64,000 bases of DNA from Tricharina praecox (lineage: Eukaryota). The translations under genes and the position numbers were made by a program. Where the stretch lies: NCBI RefSeq assembly GCF_024521635.1, contig NW_026250440.1, positions 62,001-126,000 on the forward strand, read 5' to 3'. Position 1 is the stretch's first letter, and each line of letters opens with the position of its first letter. Shown one piece after another: positions 10,109 through 21,269 of this stretch. A model generated the notes under the pieces. That model had not been told where the DNA came from and made no database searches. It saw only the letters and a program-made list of their open reading frames with translations.

Positions 10109-13100
10109 AGGCCATCCCCCGGGAGCAAGTCGGCTCTCACCCGACTTGGACTCCCGGAGGAAGGGGGAAAGAACTTTGCCGGCAGCAGAAGAGAGAACGC
10201 CGTCCTTAGACCTTTTCTGCTCAGCCTCGAGGGTTGGATCCGTCTATTGTCGCTGCAACCGTCTACTTTGTAGACCGGCGGTCGCACAGATCCCTCAGTT
10301 CCTCGCTGCTACGGCTGAGCAAGATTGCTCTGTAGGGTTATCCTGGAAGTGAAAAGTAGGGGAGAGAGAGAAGGACTTACCTCGAGGTTTGATCTTGAGA
10401 TCAGGTGAAAGGAAGGAAGGAAGGGGGAGGGAATAGTTGACGAAGAAAGGAAGCTGAGATAGTTGTAAAGAGAAGGAGAGAAGGAGGAGCAGAAAGGGGG
10501 GGTTTTATAGGTGATTTAGGAGCCGCCAGGTTCCAAGCTGGTTTTCGCCGCCGCCAGACGGCTAGTCCCCACCAAAACTTGCTCATCACTTGGAACGAGC
10601 GAGCAAACGTGACGCCAATCGTCGCAGACGGGGTGGAAGTGCCGCGATACCGCTAGACCCCACAAAAACGTACTCATCCGATGTAGCGAATGAGCAAAAG
10701 TGAGGAGCCACGGGGTCGAAGTCCCCTCGCACGCCGAATTAGAGTTTAGTAGTCACTATCACAGGCTGGTATTGCTACCGCCGGCACGCCTTGTCCTCCT
10801 ATGCCGTCCTACAGAATTGTCAGGCCTTCATGGCTGGAATTGACAATGACTCGTCCTAAAAGTTGGCGTTAGTTGCTAGCTGCGGTTCGATCCGCCGTTG
10901 CAACGTTTGCCGAGGTGGGTCATCGTTCCGAGTTCCGCGCTGGTCCTCGGCCAGCTCCCCCACCGGTTCTAGGACGGGTGGTCTTGATTGCTCGACCGAT
11001 CTGGTCCCACTGTGTCCCCAACGTGGCCGCATAGAAACTGAGTCTCGGCATTCCGAGTCCAGCGGCGAAGCAACAGTTTTGCAATCATGAGTTATCACTC
11101 TCTAAAAACCGAGGGATGCATAAGTATTGTCTGCTGGAGCGAAATTAATATACCTAGTACCGGCTGATCCCAATCCGGACACGAGCTTGGGCCAGCAACG
11201 CCATCTCACGCGGCGAGTGATAACTCAACCCGGCAATAGACTGGGAGAGGGTGAGAGCCAGGGCGAGAAACAGAAAGAAAATACGAGACGATCGAGGAGA
11301 CGGATCGGAGGACGTAGAGAATGGTAACTACGGGTGTCGAATAGGTAGACTGTCAACCCCCCATCTCAGGTCTTTCTTCTGTGTGTGCTCCCTTCCTCGT
11401 CCCACGCCTGTCGGCCTGGAGTTGGCAAAGAGCCCTCGTAAAAGTTAAAACCACCACCACTCAAACACCCGTTTACTCGCCAATGCCTCTCCAGACAGGG
11501 AAGCGGGTTGACAGAAGGGGAGCACAAAAGGAGAGAGGGGATTTAGAAGTTAATTATCTCTGTCGTTCTATCCATATATTTCAACACACCCCATCGACCC
11601 AAACCCCCCCCCCGAAGGCTGAACAAGATTAGAAACGAGTGACGCAATATGCGTCAACACAGCCGAGCGGCGAGCGAACAAGTATCGCAACAACCCCAAG
11701 GCATGATGAGTAAGATATATAGAGCGACATAGGCTAAGGATGGAAGGCAGATGTCAATAAATGTTATGCCTCTGAATATTCTGTTTCTTCTACATAAACC
11801 ACCCATGTTGCCTGTTCTACTCCTCATTTTTCCGCTTCTTATCCTTCTTCCAATCCTTCTCCTGCTTCTAGTTCTTCAACTTCTTCAGCTTTTTCAACTT
11901 CTCCTTCTCCTCCTCGCACGTTCCTCCTTCCTCCTTCCGCACCGCCCGCGGCCCAACAGTAGCGCTAAATCTCCAACAGAAACCAACAGAAGCCACCGTC
12001 ACAGCGAATAATAACCCCGCTCGCACGGCAGCGCCCGCAGGCACCGCTGGTGCGTTGCCGCGAGCGGCAACGGCAGAAACATTCTGCGATTAGTTTCCGC
12101 CCTCCACGGGCGCAATGTGTGAGCGGAGCTCTTGATGATCGGCTGCAGACCCGTGGATAGGTCCAAAAAAAAAGCTGCTAGACTCCGGGTCTGTAGAGGA
12201 AGTTAGTTAGTGTCTAGCTCTCGAGCTGGCAGCCTGGCAGCAGCCTGCCCGCGCCACAGGGGTAAGACTGAGGCAAGAGAAGATGGGAACGTACCTGAGT
12301 CCAGCGGAAGGTCTCCATTGTTTCTTTGTTCCACCATTAGGGTCGCTGTGGTTGACGGTAGTGACTGGCGTCGCAACCGCCTATCGGTGCCGCACGAGGC
12401 GGCGAATCATCACTTATGCCAATCTATGCAGCTTTAGAAATGGTTCGTCAACGGGAAGGAATCAAGACGGAAACAATTACGTGGCATACTATCTGAGTAG
12501 TTCCGAAAGCCGCCAAGGAAGGGAAAGTGAAGGTGCCTCGAGGCTTATGTGGTGGATTAACACCACTAGGCCATCGAATGTGGGCGTAGAAAGTAAGGTG
12601 AGTAATAAGACTTTCGCACCGAGGCGTGATGTGGATGATGAAGTTGTTGTTGCGAAGGAGAGAGGAAGAAGATGAAGGAGATGAAGGAGAGGGAGGAGAG
12701 GAGGGAGTGGTTACGGTGGGTTTTGTGGGGTCGGCAGAAGTTCAATCCCATTCTAGGTCTAGGGCACGCAGTCGCTAGCGGGGTTGCACGAGGCTCACGT
12801 GCCGCTTGATTGTATCACACGGGTTGCCAGGAGCTCCGTGGCTAAGGCTGGCGCATACCACTGTATATGCAGCGGTATGCTGTAACCTGAATCTATAAAT
12901 TCTAGCATATTTCTACGAATTGAAATTTGAAACCCTGCTGCCCGCCGCCACCAATGATGATCAGACTGTCGATACAATCGCCGCCAACATGGAACGACGC
13001 CCAACGAACACCGCCACAGATTACTGTCGAACTGTCGAAAATACCTTACCTACCCCCCGCCAGCACAACTCCAAATTTCGATCGACTACTGGTGATTGAG

Positions 13101-13225
13101 GATCCTGACTGATTACCGGCTGACCGACTACTGGCTGATCGACTCTGACCGATTACCAGTGTTTGGGGAATTCTGGCCCTGGGCTATTGCGGTGCAAGTT
13201 GTACTGGCTTGCGGGTCTGGATGGA

Positions 13226-13565
13226 TGTCAACGGATTGTGACTGGTGAGGGAGAGGAAAAAAGAAAAGATGTAGTGGGTGAGGTAGTGGTGGTAGTGGTG
13301 CTTGCTGCATCCCCCTCCCCCGGCGCTCGCAAGCCTGTCTACTCGCCAACGCCTCCCCAGAGTCCAGACTGGGAAGCGGGTCGACAGAAGGAGAGCACAC
13401 AAGGAGAGAGAGAATGTAGAGGCTGGTGGTCTATTCTGTAGATTATGAGAGAGAAAGAAGACGAAGACGAAGAAGAAGTAGACGACGGAGAGAGCAGGCG
13501 ACTCGCTGGCCTGCCAACGTTGATGCCCACTATATACTAACTACATCCGGTGCCTCCCGCTGACA
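13226..13565 (-). mobile_element. Possible LTR relic (Ty3/gypsy-like TG..CA ends)
   Basis: Bounded by TGTCAACGG / CCGCTGACA (8/9 inverted match). Has a minus-strand TATATA (~13531-13536) followed by a CT-rich tract. Segment 13343-13412 is a diverged copy of 11477-11540. No target-site duplication seen. Confidence 0.35.
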
Positions 13566-15241
13566 AATCCTCTAGGCTCCCTCTCCCTCCTCTCGCCGAC
13601 AGGTTCTACATCGCTCGCCACAGTGGGTTTGCGTGGTGGCGGGTTTGCTTGGCGGTGGGGTTGAAACGTCGAACAATACTATGGCATTATAGACGTTTGC
13701 CGTCCTTTAATCTTCCATGCTCCACTGCCGTCTCATGCAACGATGCTTAACCAAAAAAATCGCCGAACCGGGGCTCGAACCGCAGTCCCCAAACAAAAAC
13801 CAAAAACCTTAACCACCCCCGGTGGCCCGTGGGGCGGCTTAGAAATCCCGATAGCTGGACCGATGTCCATGCTAACTCCGCCGGGTGCGTGACTACTCGG
13901 CCACGCAGGGGTTTTTTCCGTGCTGGAAATATGAATTCAAAAATCATAAAGTGGTGGGTGCCCCGCGCCTGACACGCCCGCCCGCCGTGATGGACAGGAA
14001 CAACGACGAAGTGTCACGGCCAGGTGCTTAACTTTACTTGCACGTTTTACGATGTATTCACTAAGAGATGCGCTTTTACTAACCTGACCGGCGCACATGC
14101 CTCTATGAAACGTCTCCACCGCATTCATTGGCTCTATAGTAGCACATTTTCACTTATCTACCAACACGACTATGTACTCTATGTGTAAGTCTATGCTCGG
14201 ATGCACGACACAGAGGTACTCGGCTACGGTATACACGTGCCCGTCGTGTGGCAGTATCGGGATTCCACACAAACAACAGGATGAATATTGCGAGTGATGC
14301 GGTATGCATATGCTGAGAGATTCTGCGAATGGCCGTCCGCAGCTCCAGCTACTACGATCGGGGAATGGCCGAGCGGGATTCTAACCTCCCTTGTGGCTAC
14401 ACGGTCAACAGTATGTGCGCCCAGAACCGCGGGAGAAAACAATAAAAGGTTTACTACAGTCGACATCTTCTCACGGCTGATGTCCACTTATGACTCGTGA
14501 GGAGTAGTTAAGTATGTGGGTACATACTGGCCCTGTCAACCACGGGTGGACACATACCTATGCCCTGTCTCTGTTAAACGAAACATGATGCATCGAGCTA
14601 CAGTTCTCGTGAATAGTCATGGTCTGTCGATATCCGAGATCCCCGAGTATGTAGAGATAGGGGGCATACCTAGAGGCTAGATACCAGTTGACTCTGGCTC
14701 TGGCTAGCTACCTAGAGCTATCTCAGAGCTCGCGGGAGAACGTAGAAGAAGCCCATTACCCACCTACCGGGTCTCGTGATGCTCATACCTCGCCTTTCGT
14801 CCAAAGAGGTTTCGGACTCCGGAGTATGCCGGGCATAGGTAATACCGGGCATAGTTAATGCGGGCAGGTCTTCGATGTACCTACTCTATAACTAGCAGGT
14901 GACAATGACCGATCTCGAAAAGCGCGAGCGTCCGGGCCCCGGCTGTAATCCATAGCGCAGCGGCGCGAATCTGGGGAAGTCACAGCTGCAGGGGAGCTTC
15001 ACTCCGATTCGAAAGGGCAACTGAATGGAGAAGTTAGAACTGATCGCCTAGCAATGCCGACGCGCGGGGCGGTTGTACCCGACTGTACGTACTAGCCGCC
15101 GATATGGTAGGCCGCTGATAGGTAGCCGGTAGCTCAGCGGCTGCACTCATGTGAGCGTATTCCAAGGGGGAGGAGGAGAGGGGAATGGTATCATGCGCCT
15201 AAAAATGGTCTCCGGGGTCCTGATAGGACTGAGTTGCGCTA

Positions 15242-15319
15242 GGTATCCTGCGGTATGATCCTGCGGTATGATCCTGCGGTATCCTGCGGTATCCTGCGGT
15301 ATCCTGCGGTATCCTGCGG
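15242..15319. repeat. Minisatellite (GGTATCCTGC)x7, two units carrying a 3-nt insertion
   Basis: Read directly from the sequence. Confidence 0.95.
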
Positions 15320-16188
15320 GAGCGCCCGGACTCGCACTGCAACGGCCATGCAGGCCGGTGGGTTCCTGCTTTAGGGGGTTCGCGGAACTCGGCCATGCTG
15401 CTGAAGAGTCAAGACAGCTAGGTAGGAGAATATCAACCTTATTCTTGGTGGGGGGCACATGTCCAACTGCAACTGCTCAGCTGCAGGCACCGGCCGCCGA
15501 CCAACGGCCTTGCATAGTGCGGGGGGTGGGGCAGCGATGTCTCCTAGCATGTACTAGGTGTCTATCCGTCGAGCAGCAGCTACGGGGCCAGTGACATGTG
15601 CCATTCCTCCGGCCTCGGACAGCAGTTGGCGCCAGCGATGCAATGACATCGTCTTGCCGGATAATATCAAGCTGCCGGCTAGCTGTGGATACCACAATGG
15701 ATAGATAGGCTAGAATGTCGGCGCCTCCCAGCGCACAACGCAAATGACCGACCCGCGTGTCACCTGGAAACACGAGCAGTGCATCTCCACATGTGCATGT
15801 CCCTTCCCCCTGGCCTTAGGTGATCACCGAGAACCCCTATCAAGTCCATCCAGTCCATCCATCCGTCGCCTCGAAGTTCGAATGCGAGATTGCCGGTTCA
15901 CCAGGTACGTCGGGCTCGTTCATTACCGCTCATCCAGTCATCTGGACGAAGCCGCCGGTTACACGAAGAATGTCGCCGCCGGGTGGAAGAACGTTCGCAT
16001 CAGCTGGGAAAGGCGGCCGGATCATTCGAGCCAATCTGCACGTTGACACCTCCCTATTCCAGGGGTTGCCGCCGGATGCACGCAAGGATTGGCACGATTG
16101 GCCCTCAAGGAACTTCCCGCCGATCTGCCCCTGCCACATGCTCGCGGGGGTGGATTGCGGCGATATGTCTATGCGGATAGACAGTCTA

Positions 16189-16312
16189 TTCCCATGCACT
16201 CTGTTCCTATCCACTCCATTCCCATGCACTCTGTCCCTATCCACTCCATTCCCCTGCACTCTGTTCCTATCCACTCCATTCCCCTGCACTCTGTTCCCAT
16301 GCACTGTGTTCC
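16189..16312. repeat. 30-bp minisatellite TTCCC(A/C)TGCACTCTGTTCCTATCCACTCCA, ~3.5-4 units
   Basis: Read directly from the sequence. It generates the repetitive spurious ORFs at 15820-16565. Confidence 0.95.
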
Positions 16313-16782
16313 TACGTCTGCACTCTGCAGGTATGTGCTCTACAGGAGATACGCCCTACTGCGCTGCGGGGAGTCGCCTAACTTTCCTCTTGTGTATCCG
16401 ACTTCGATGATCCTGGGATTTGCGCTGGAGCGGGTAGCTGCCTGGAGGCGTCCTGCCCTTCGGAGCCGCGCCTTCACCTCCACCACTCTCCCCCTCTCTC
16501 CCCGCAAAGAAATTATGCCGATACAGGTAGCCAAACGTTTTCCTCCGCTTCATGATGTCTCCTAACTCGGGATTAGATCTGTATCATATGCATCTTTACG
16601 GCCTAGTTCGGGGCCGGCGGGCGCGGCATCGATTGGAGCTTCCTCCTCGTCGGCTGCTGGTCCATCCGCATAACGGATGCTGTCGAGCATAACGTTGAAC
16701 CCCCGAAATTCGGTATAGTCTGCTCGTGTAGTGCACGGGAAAACGATATCCTCCTGTCAGCGAGCTGTGCCTTCCCCGATTG

Positions 16783-16864
16783 GGGACCCTTTCGATCCCT
16801 CCCCCGCTGTCATTCTGTTAGGGACCCTTTCGATCCCTCCCCCGCTATCATTCTATTAGGGACT
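16783..16864. repeat. 38-bp tandem duplication in the fungalysin promoter region
   Basis: gggaccctttcgatccctcccccgct(g/a)tcattct(g/a)tta x2 followed by gggac. Confidence 0.9.
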
Positions 16865-16992
16865 CGCGCCCGTGAGCCTGCCTCGCCATCGAGAAACGAG
16901 TTGAATCTGCCATTTAAACATCAGAAGCCCCGCTCATCCATGGGCACCACTCCTCACCCAAACCCACCCCAGGGCCTCCACTCTCGTTCAAG

Positions 16993-19118
16993 ATGCGCTT
17001 CTCCACCGCATTCTCTCTCGTTTGCCTCGCCGTCAGCGTCTCTGCCCATGCCGAGCGCAAGTCGTACGCCATTCCCGAGACGCAACATGGTGTCTACCTC
17101 AACTCGCAGCAGCACGAGCGAGCACGCCGGCTGCGTCCTCGTGCCGACGGCGACGCAGCTTCCGGCCCAGAGGAGATCGCGCTGCAACACCTCAAGGAGA
17201 TTGCTCCCGGTGCTGAGGTCCGCCTCCGGCCGGATCAGTACACCGACGAGGACACCGGAGTCTGGCACGGCTACTACACGCAGACCCTAAACGGCCTCGA
17301 CATAGAGAACGCCCAGGCTAACGTCAACGTCAATAAGGACGGGACTATCCTCTCCAGTGGCTCCAGTCTGCTGAAGGGCAAGGTGGACGCTCCGCCAATC
17401 GTCAAGAGGGCGGACCTCATCGATCCTATCGAGGCGTTGAAAGGTGCCATCGCCAAGTTGGGATACCCGCTCAACGTTGAGAATGCCGAGGCTGTTCCTG
17501 AGCAGTCCTTGACTGGCAATGGACAGGCGTACGTGCTCGTCGGTGTCGAGGGAGTTCAAGAAGTAAGTTGCAACTTCCGCGGTCTGCATCACACCCGATA
17601 CTGATGGACGTCAATCTGCAGGAGCCTAGGGCGGACCTGGTCTACTACGCAACCGGTACCGGTGTCAAGATTGCATGGCGCCTGGAGACCGATCTCGACG
17701 AGAGCTATATGATCACCTATATCAACGCTAAGGATGCTGCCGATGTCGTTGGTGCAATCGATTATGTCTCCGACGCCCAATACAATGTCTAGTGAGTGCC
17801 GGCGACTTGTCACCCGAAATTCGCATGATGGTGGTGGCTAACCGATGATGAAAGTCCGTTCGGTTTCAACGATCCCACGGATGGCGAGCGAGTGCTCGTC
17901 ACGGATCCCGCCAACAGCAAGACCTCACCGAACGGCTGGCACACAGCCGGCGACGTCACGTACACCGACACACGCGGAAACAACGGCTGGGCGCAGGAGA
18001 ACTGGGATGGAGGCAGCGACTTTGAGAACAACACCCGTCCCGACGGGGGCAAAGGGTTGGACTTTGACTTCCCTTGCAACATTTCCTCGCAGGATTCAAG
18101 ATCCTACACCGACGCCGCCATCACCCAGCTGTTCTACACCTCAAACATGTTTCATGATCTCCTCGAGCTCCTGGGCTTCACCGAGGCTGCCGGTAACTTC
18201 GAAGAGGTCAACACTGGCTCCGGGGGAATCGGAGGGGACGCTGTCCAGCTCAACGCCCAGGATGGCTCCGGATTCAATAACGCAAACTTCCTGACTCGCC
18301 CCGACGGCATCAGGCCACGCATGAGGATGTACCTCTGGAACACCGCTGGAAGCATCCTCCGCGACGGAGATTTCGATGCCTGTAAGAACCCCTCCCCATC
18401 ATCCGGAGATTGCGCAACACACTAACTCGGTCCGCCCACAGTGATCGTTATCCACGAATACACCCACGGACTTTCAAACCGTCTCACGGGCGGCCCATCC
18501 ACGACCAGCTGTCTGACCACGCTCGAAGCCGGGGGCATGGGCGAAGGCTGGGGGGACTTCTTCGGCAACGCGATCCGGGTCAAGCCCAACGACACGCGCA
18601 GCACGGACTACGTTCTGGCGGGGTGGACGAACGGCAAAGGGATCCGGACGTACCCATACTCGACCTCGCTGCTGACCAACCCAACGCTGTACTCAACCGT
18701 CGGCACAACGGGGTTCACAGCCGTGCACTCGATCGGCAGCATCTGGGCAACCATGCTCAACGAGATCATGTGGAACCTCGAGGAGAAGCATGGGTACCAG
18801 CGCGACGCTATGCCAACGTTCAAACAGGGCTCGTCGATTCCTGTTGGCGGAAGACAGCTCGCTATGAAACTCGTCCTGGAGGGCATGAAGTTGCAGCCTT
18901 GCAGGCCTACGTTCTTGTCTGCGCGTGATGCAATCGTAGATGCGGATAAGGCCCTCACCGGCGGAGAGAATGAGTGCGAGATCTGGGCGGGCTTCGCCAA
19001 GCGCGGGCTCGGGATCAATGCCGCCGCTGAGGGGGTCACTGGGCTTCGTATCGACGACTTTACGGTGCCGGAGCAGTGCAAGAGCAACAGGAAGAGGGGA
19101 GTGCTGTTTAGAGCTTGA
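16993..19118 (+). CDS. Secreted fungalysin metallopeptidase (M36) with FTP propeptide; exons 16993-17562, 17622-17791, 17855-18381, 18442-19118
   Basis: Signal peptide; propeptide [41 protein letters not shown]; zinc motif [41 protein letters not shown]. Three GT-AG introns keep the frame. Confidence 0.96.
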
Positions 19119-19318
19119 GAGACCGTAGTGTGCTGTTGTTTTTCGGGGTTAGGCATTCGGGCGTTTTGTTTTTTGCTTTCTTTCTTTCGCGGTAGGGATA
19201 TTGCATGCATGTCTGTATGGGATTTACTTAATTTGCTACCTTGTTGGGGTTCGAAGATCAAAAGTCACCGGTCTCCTAGATCTCGGTGATCAGTGCATCG
19301 TGCCTCGTGCCAACCGCC

Positions 19319-19378
19319 ATCCTCGGCCTCATCCTCATCCTCATCCTCATCCTCATCCCCATCCCCATCCCCATCCTC
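19319..19378. repeat. Hexanucleotide microsatellite (CATCCT/CATCCC)n
   Basis: Read directly from the sequence. Confidence 0.9.
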
Positions 19379-20056
19379 CGCGCCCCTGGCACCGCCTTTG
19401 CGCCAAAGCCTCGGTCAGGCTTCCTCCTTCTTCCCTTCTGCTTTTGGAAGTCCACGAGTCTGCTACTCGCTGATCGGAGTCCTAGGTACTACCGGTAGTA
19501 TACTGACCCTCTCGCAGTCCCAATGTCCCATTCATGATTCCGCTCCAAAGATCTGCTCCACTACTTGTCATAATAGTAGGTGGTAGCAGCCTGTGGTCAT
19601 GGGTGCCAACAGCCGAAGATAGCGCGGCCAAGGGCAAAAGCGCACGCTCGTATGTAGAGATTGTAAGCTTGTATGATGTAGGTATGTATGATTTAAGCTG
19701 GTCTGGAGATATTGATCATTGAAGAATCGGGGTTGGAGAAGCGCAGGCGCGGAAGTGGGGCTTGGAAGTGCGAGCTTGGAAGTGCGGGCTTGAAAGCGGG
19801 GCGACGTAGTTAGGGCGGGGTTGAGACAATATGACGGCAGGAAACTTGATACTTCGACAGAATTTGGAACTTCTGGAAGCTGGAGACTGTGGAAGCGATG
19901 GTCTCTTACACCCAGCGAGCTGGCAACACGCCTCATACACATGGGGGATATAGATCGGTAGGTACAGATAGAGTACAGTTGACCTTGGAATACCTATTGG
20001 CAGTCATCCGGAATGCGTTGCAAGAGTCAATCAACTCGCACAGTTAAAGTCATTGA

Positions 20057-20232
20057 ACGAATGACTCTAGTCAATGAAGGAATGACTACAGTCACCGAGC
20101 AGGAATGACTCCGGTTACCCGAGCAGGAATGACTCTAGTCACCAAGCAGGAATGACTCCAGCCACCGAGCAGGAATGAATCAAGTCAATCAGCAGGAACG
20201 ACTCCACTCACCGAGCAGGAATGGCTGAGTAA
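20057..20232. repeat. 23-bp tandem array, ~8 units, consensus GAGCAGGAATGACTCTAGTCACC
   Basis: ATGACT-type core recurs at 20061, 20082, 20106, 20129, 20152, 20175, 20198 and 20221. Confidence 0.85.
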
Positions 20233-20958
20233 ATCTACGAGACTCCCAGACTCCCAGTCGCCTTGGCCGCCTCCCCGTGCTCCTCGCCACTAACCGTCTA
20301 ACCAATCCACCTGGCAACCCGCCCGCCATAATTCCACCCGGGTCCTCAAACGCCGCCATACAAATGTACTCGCGGAACCCATTCCATTCTGTCATTCCAT
20401 TCGAAGGTTTGAGGACCCGTATTTTGACACCTTTAAATGTCTGAGTATAGTACATGTAGGTACTCTGGAGTCTAGGTACTCTAGGCACAGTACTGGCAGC
20501 CCCAGCTATTACCTACCCTTGTAAAAAAAAAGGGAGGTTTTTTTAAACGTGAGCGGTGGGTTGGGAAATGGTTGCGCGATCATTGGATTTCACAAACGGC
20601 CCCGCGGTATTGCCCAACTATTTCGCAACTATTGCATCTAGAATAACGTGAGCCACGTAAAACGATGCGGAAATAAAATGATGATAGACAGTACACCCAT
20701 TTTAAATTGTAAACTCGGTAAAAAGCCAGACACTGTGTGAATTTGTCATACGTTGATTTAACGCTTAAGTAAACAGGAACTGGTGGAAATATAAAAACAC
20801 AAGTTCGAGATATATCGTTGGTGCTCACTTAAGCGTTTTCTTGGCATTTTTCTACCGTTGTCGTCACGTTTCGACAATTTAAACGTTGTCTTGGCATTCT
20901 TCTACTGTTTTCCGGTGTGGGGAGCGATGAGCGAGCTGCCACGGGAGGGAGTAATAAC

Positions 20959-21137
20959 AGGAATGACTGGGTCAATCCGCGAGATGACTCTAGGAATGAC
21001 TTAGTCAGTCCGTGAAATGACAATAGTCATCGAACAGGAATGACTGAGTCAGTCCGCGAGATGACTCTAGGAGTGACTGAGTCAATCCGTGAAATGGCCC
21101 TAGGAATTACTTAGTCAATTCGTGAAATGGCTCAGGA
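20959..21137. repeat. 33-bp tandem array, ~5 units, consensus AGGAATGACTGAGTCARTCCGYGARATGACTCT
   Basis: Units start at 20959, 20992, 21036, 21069 and 21102. Confidence 0.85.
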
Positions 21138-21269
21138 GCTGTGGGAGGAGGTGTCGGCAACAGGAGGAGGTGAAGGACTCCTGTCGGTGGGTGAAGACCA
21201 ATGTGGTTAGTAGACGGCACCAACGTTGGCGGGCATGGTGGGCATGGCGGGGTCGTATGCTCTCTTAGC

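Noticed and set aside
9728..10320. Hammerhead ribozyme in the hairpin array
   Set aside because: No intact CUGANGA plus GAAA core was found on either strand by eye.
10681..10740. tRNA-like sequence around GGGGTCGAAGTCCCC
   Set aside because: No canonical TTCG loop and no cloverleaf could be built.
15820..16565. Repetitive ORFs such as STPFPCTLFL and HSIPMHSVPI
   Set aside because: They arise from the 30-bp minisatellite, which is open in several frames.
20057..21137. 23-bp and 33-bp repeat arrays as a CRISPR array
   Set aside because: The units are contiguous with no unique spacers, there are no cas genes, and the DNA is eukaryotic.
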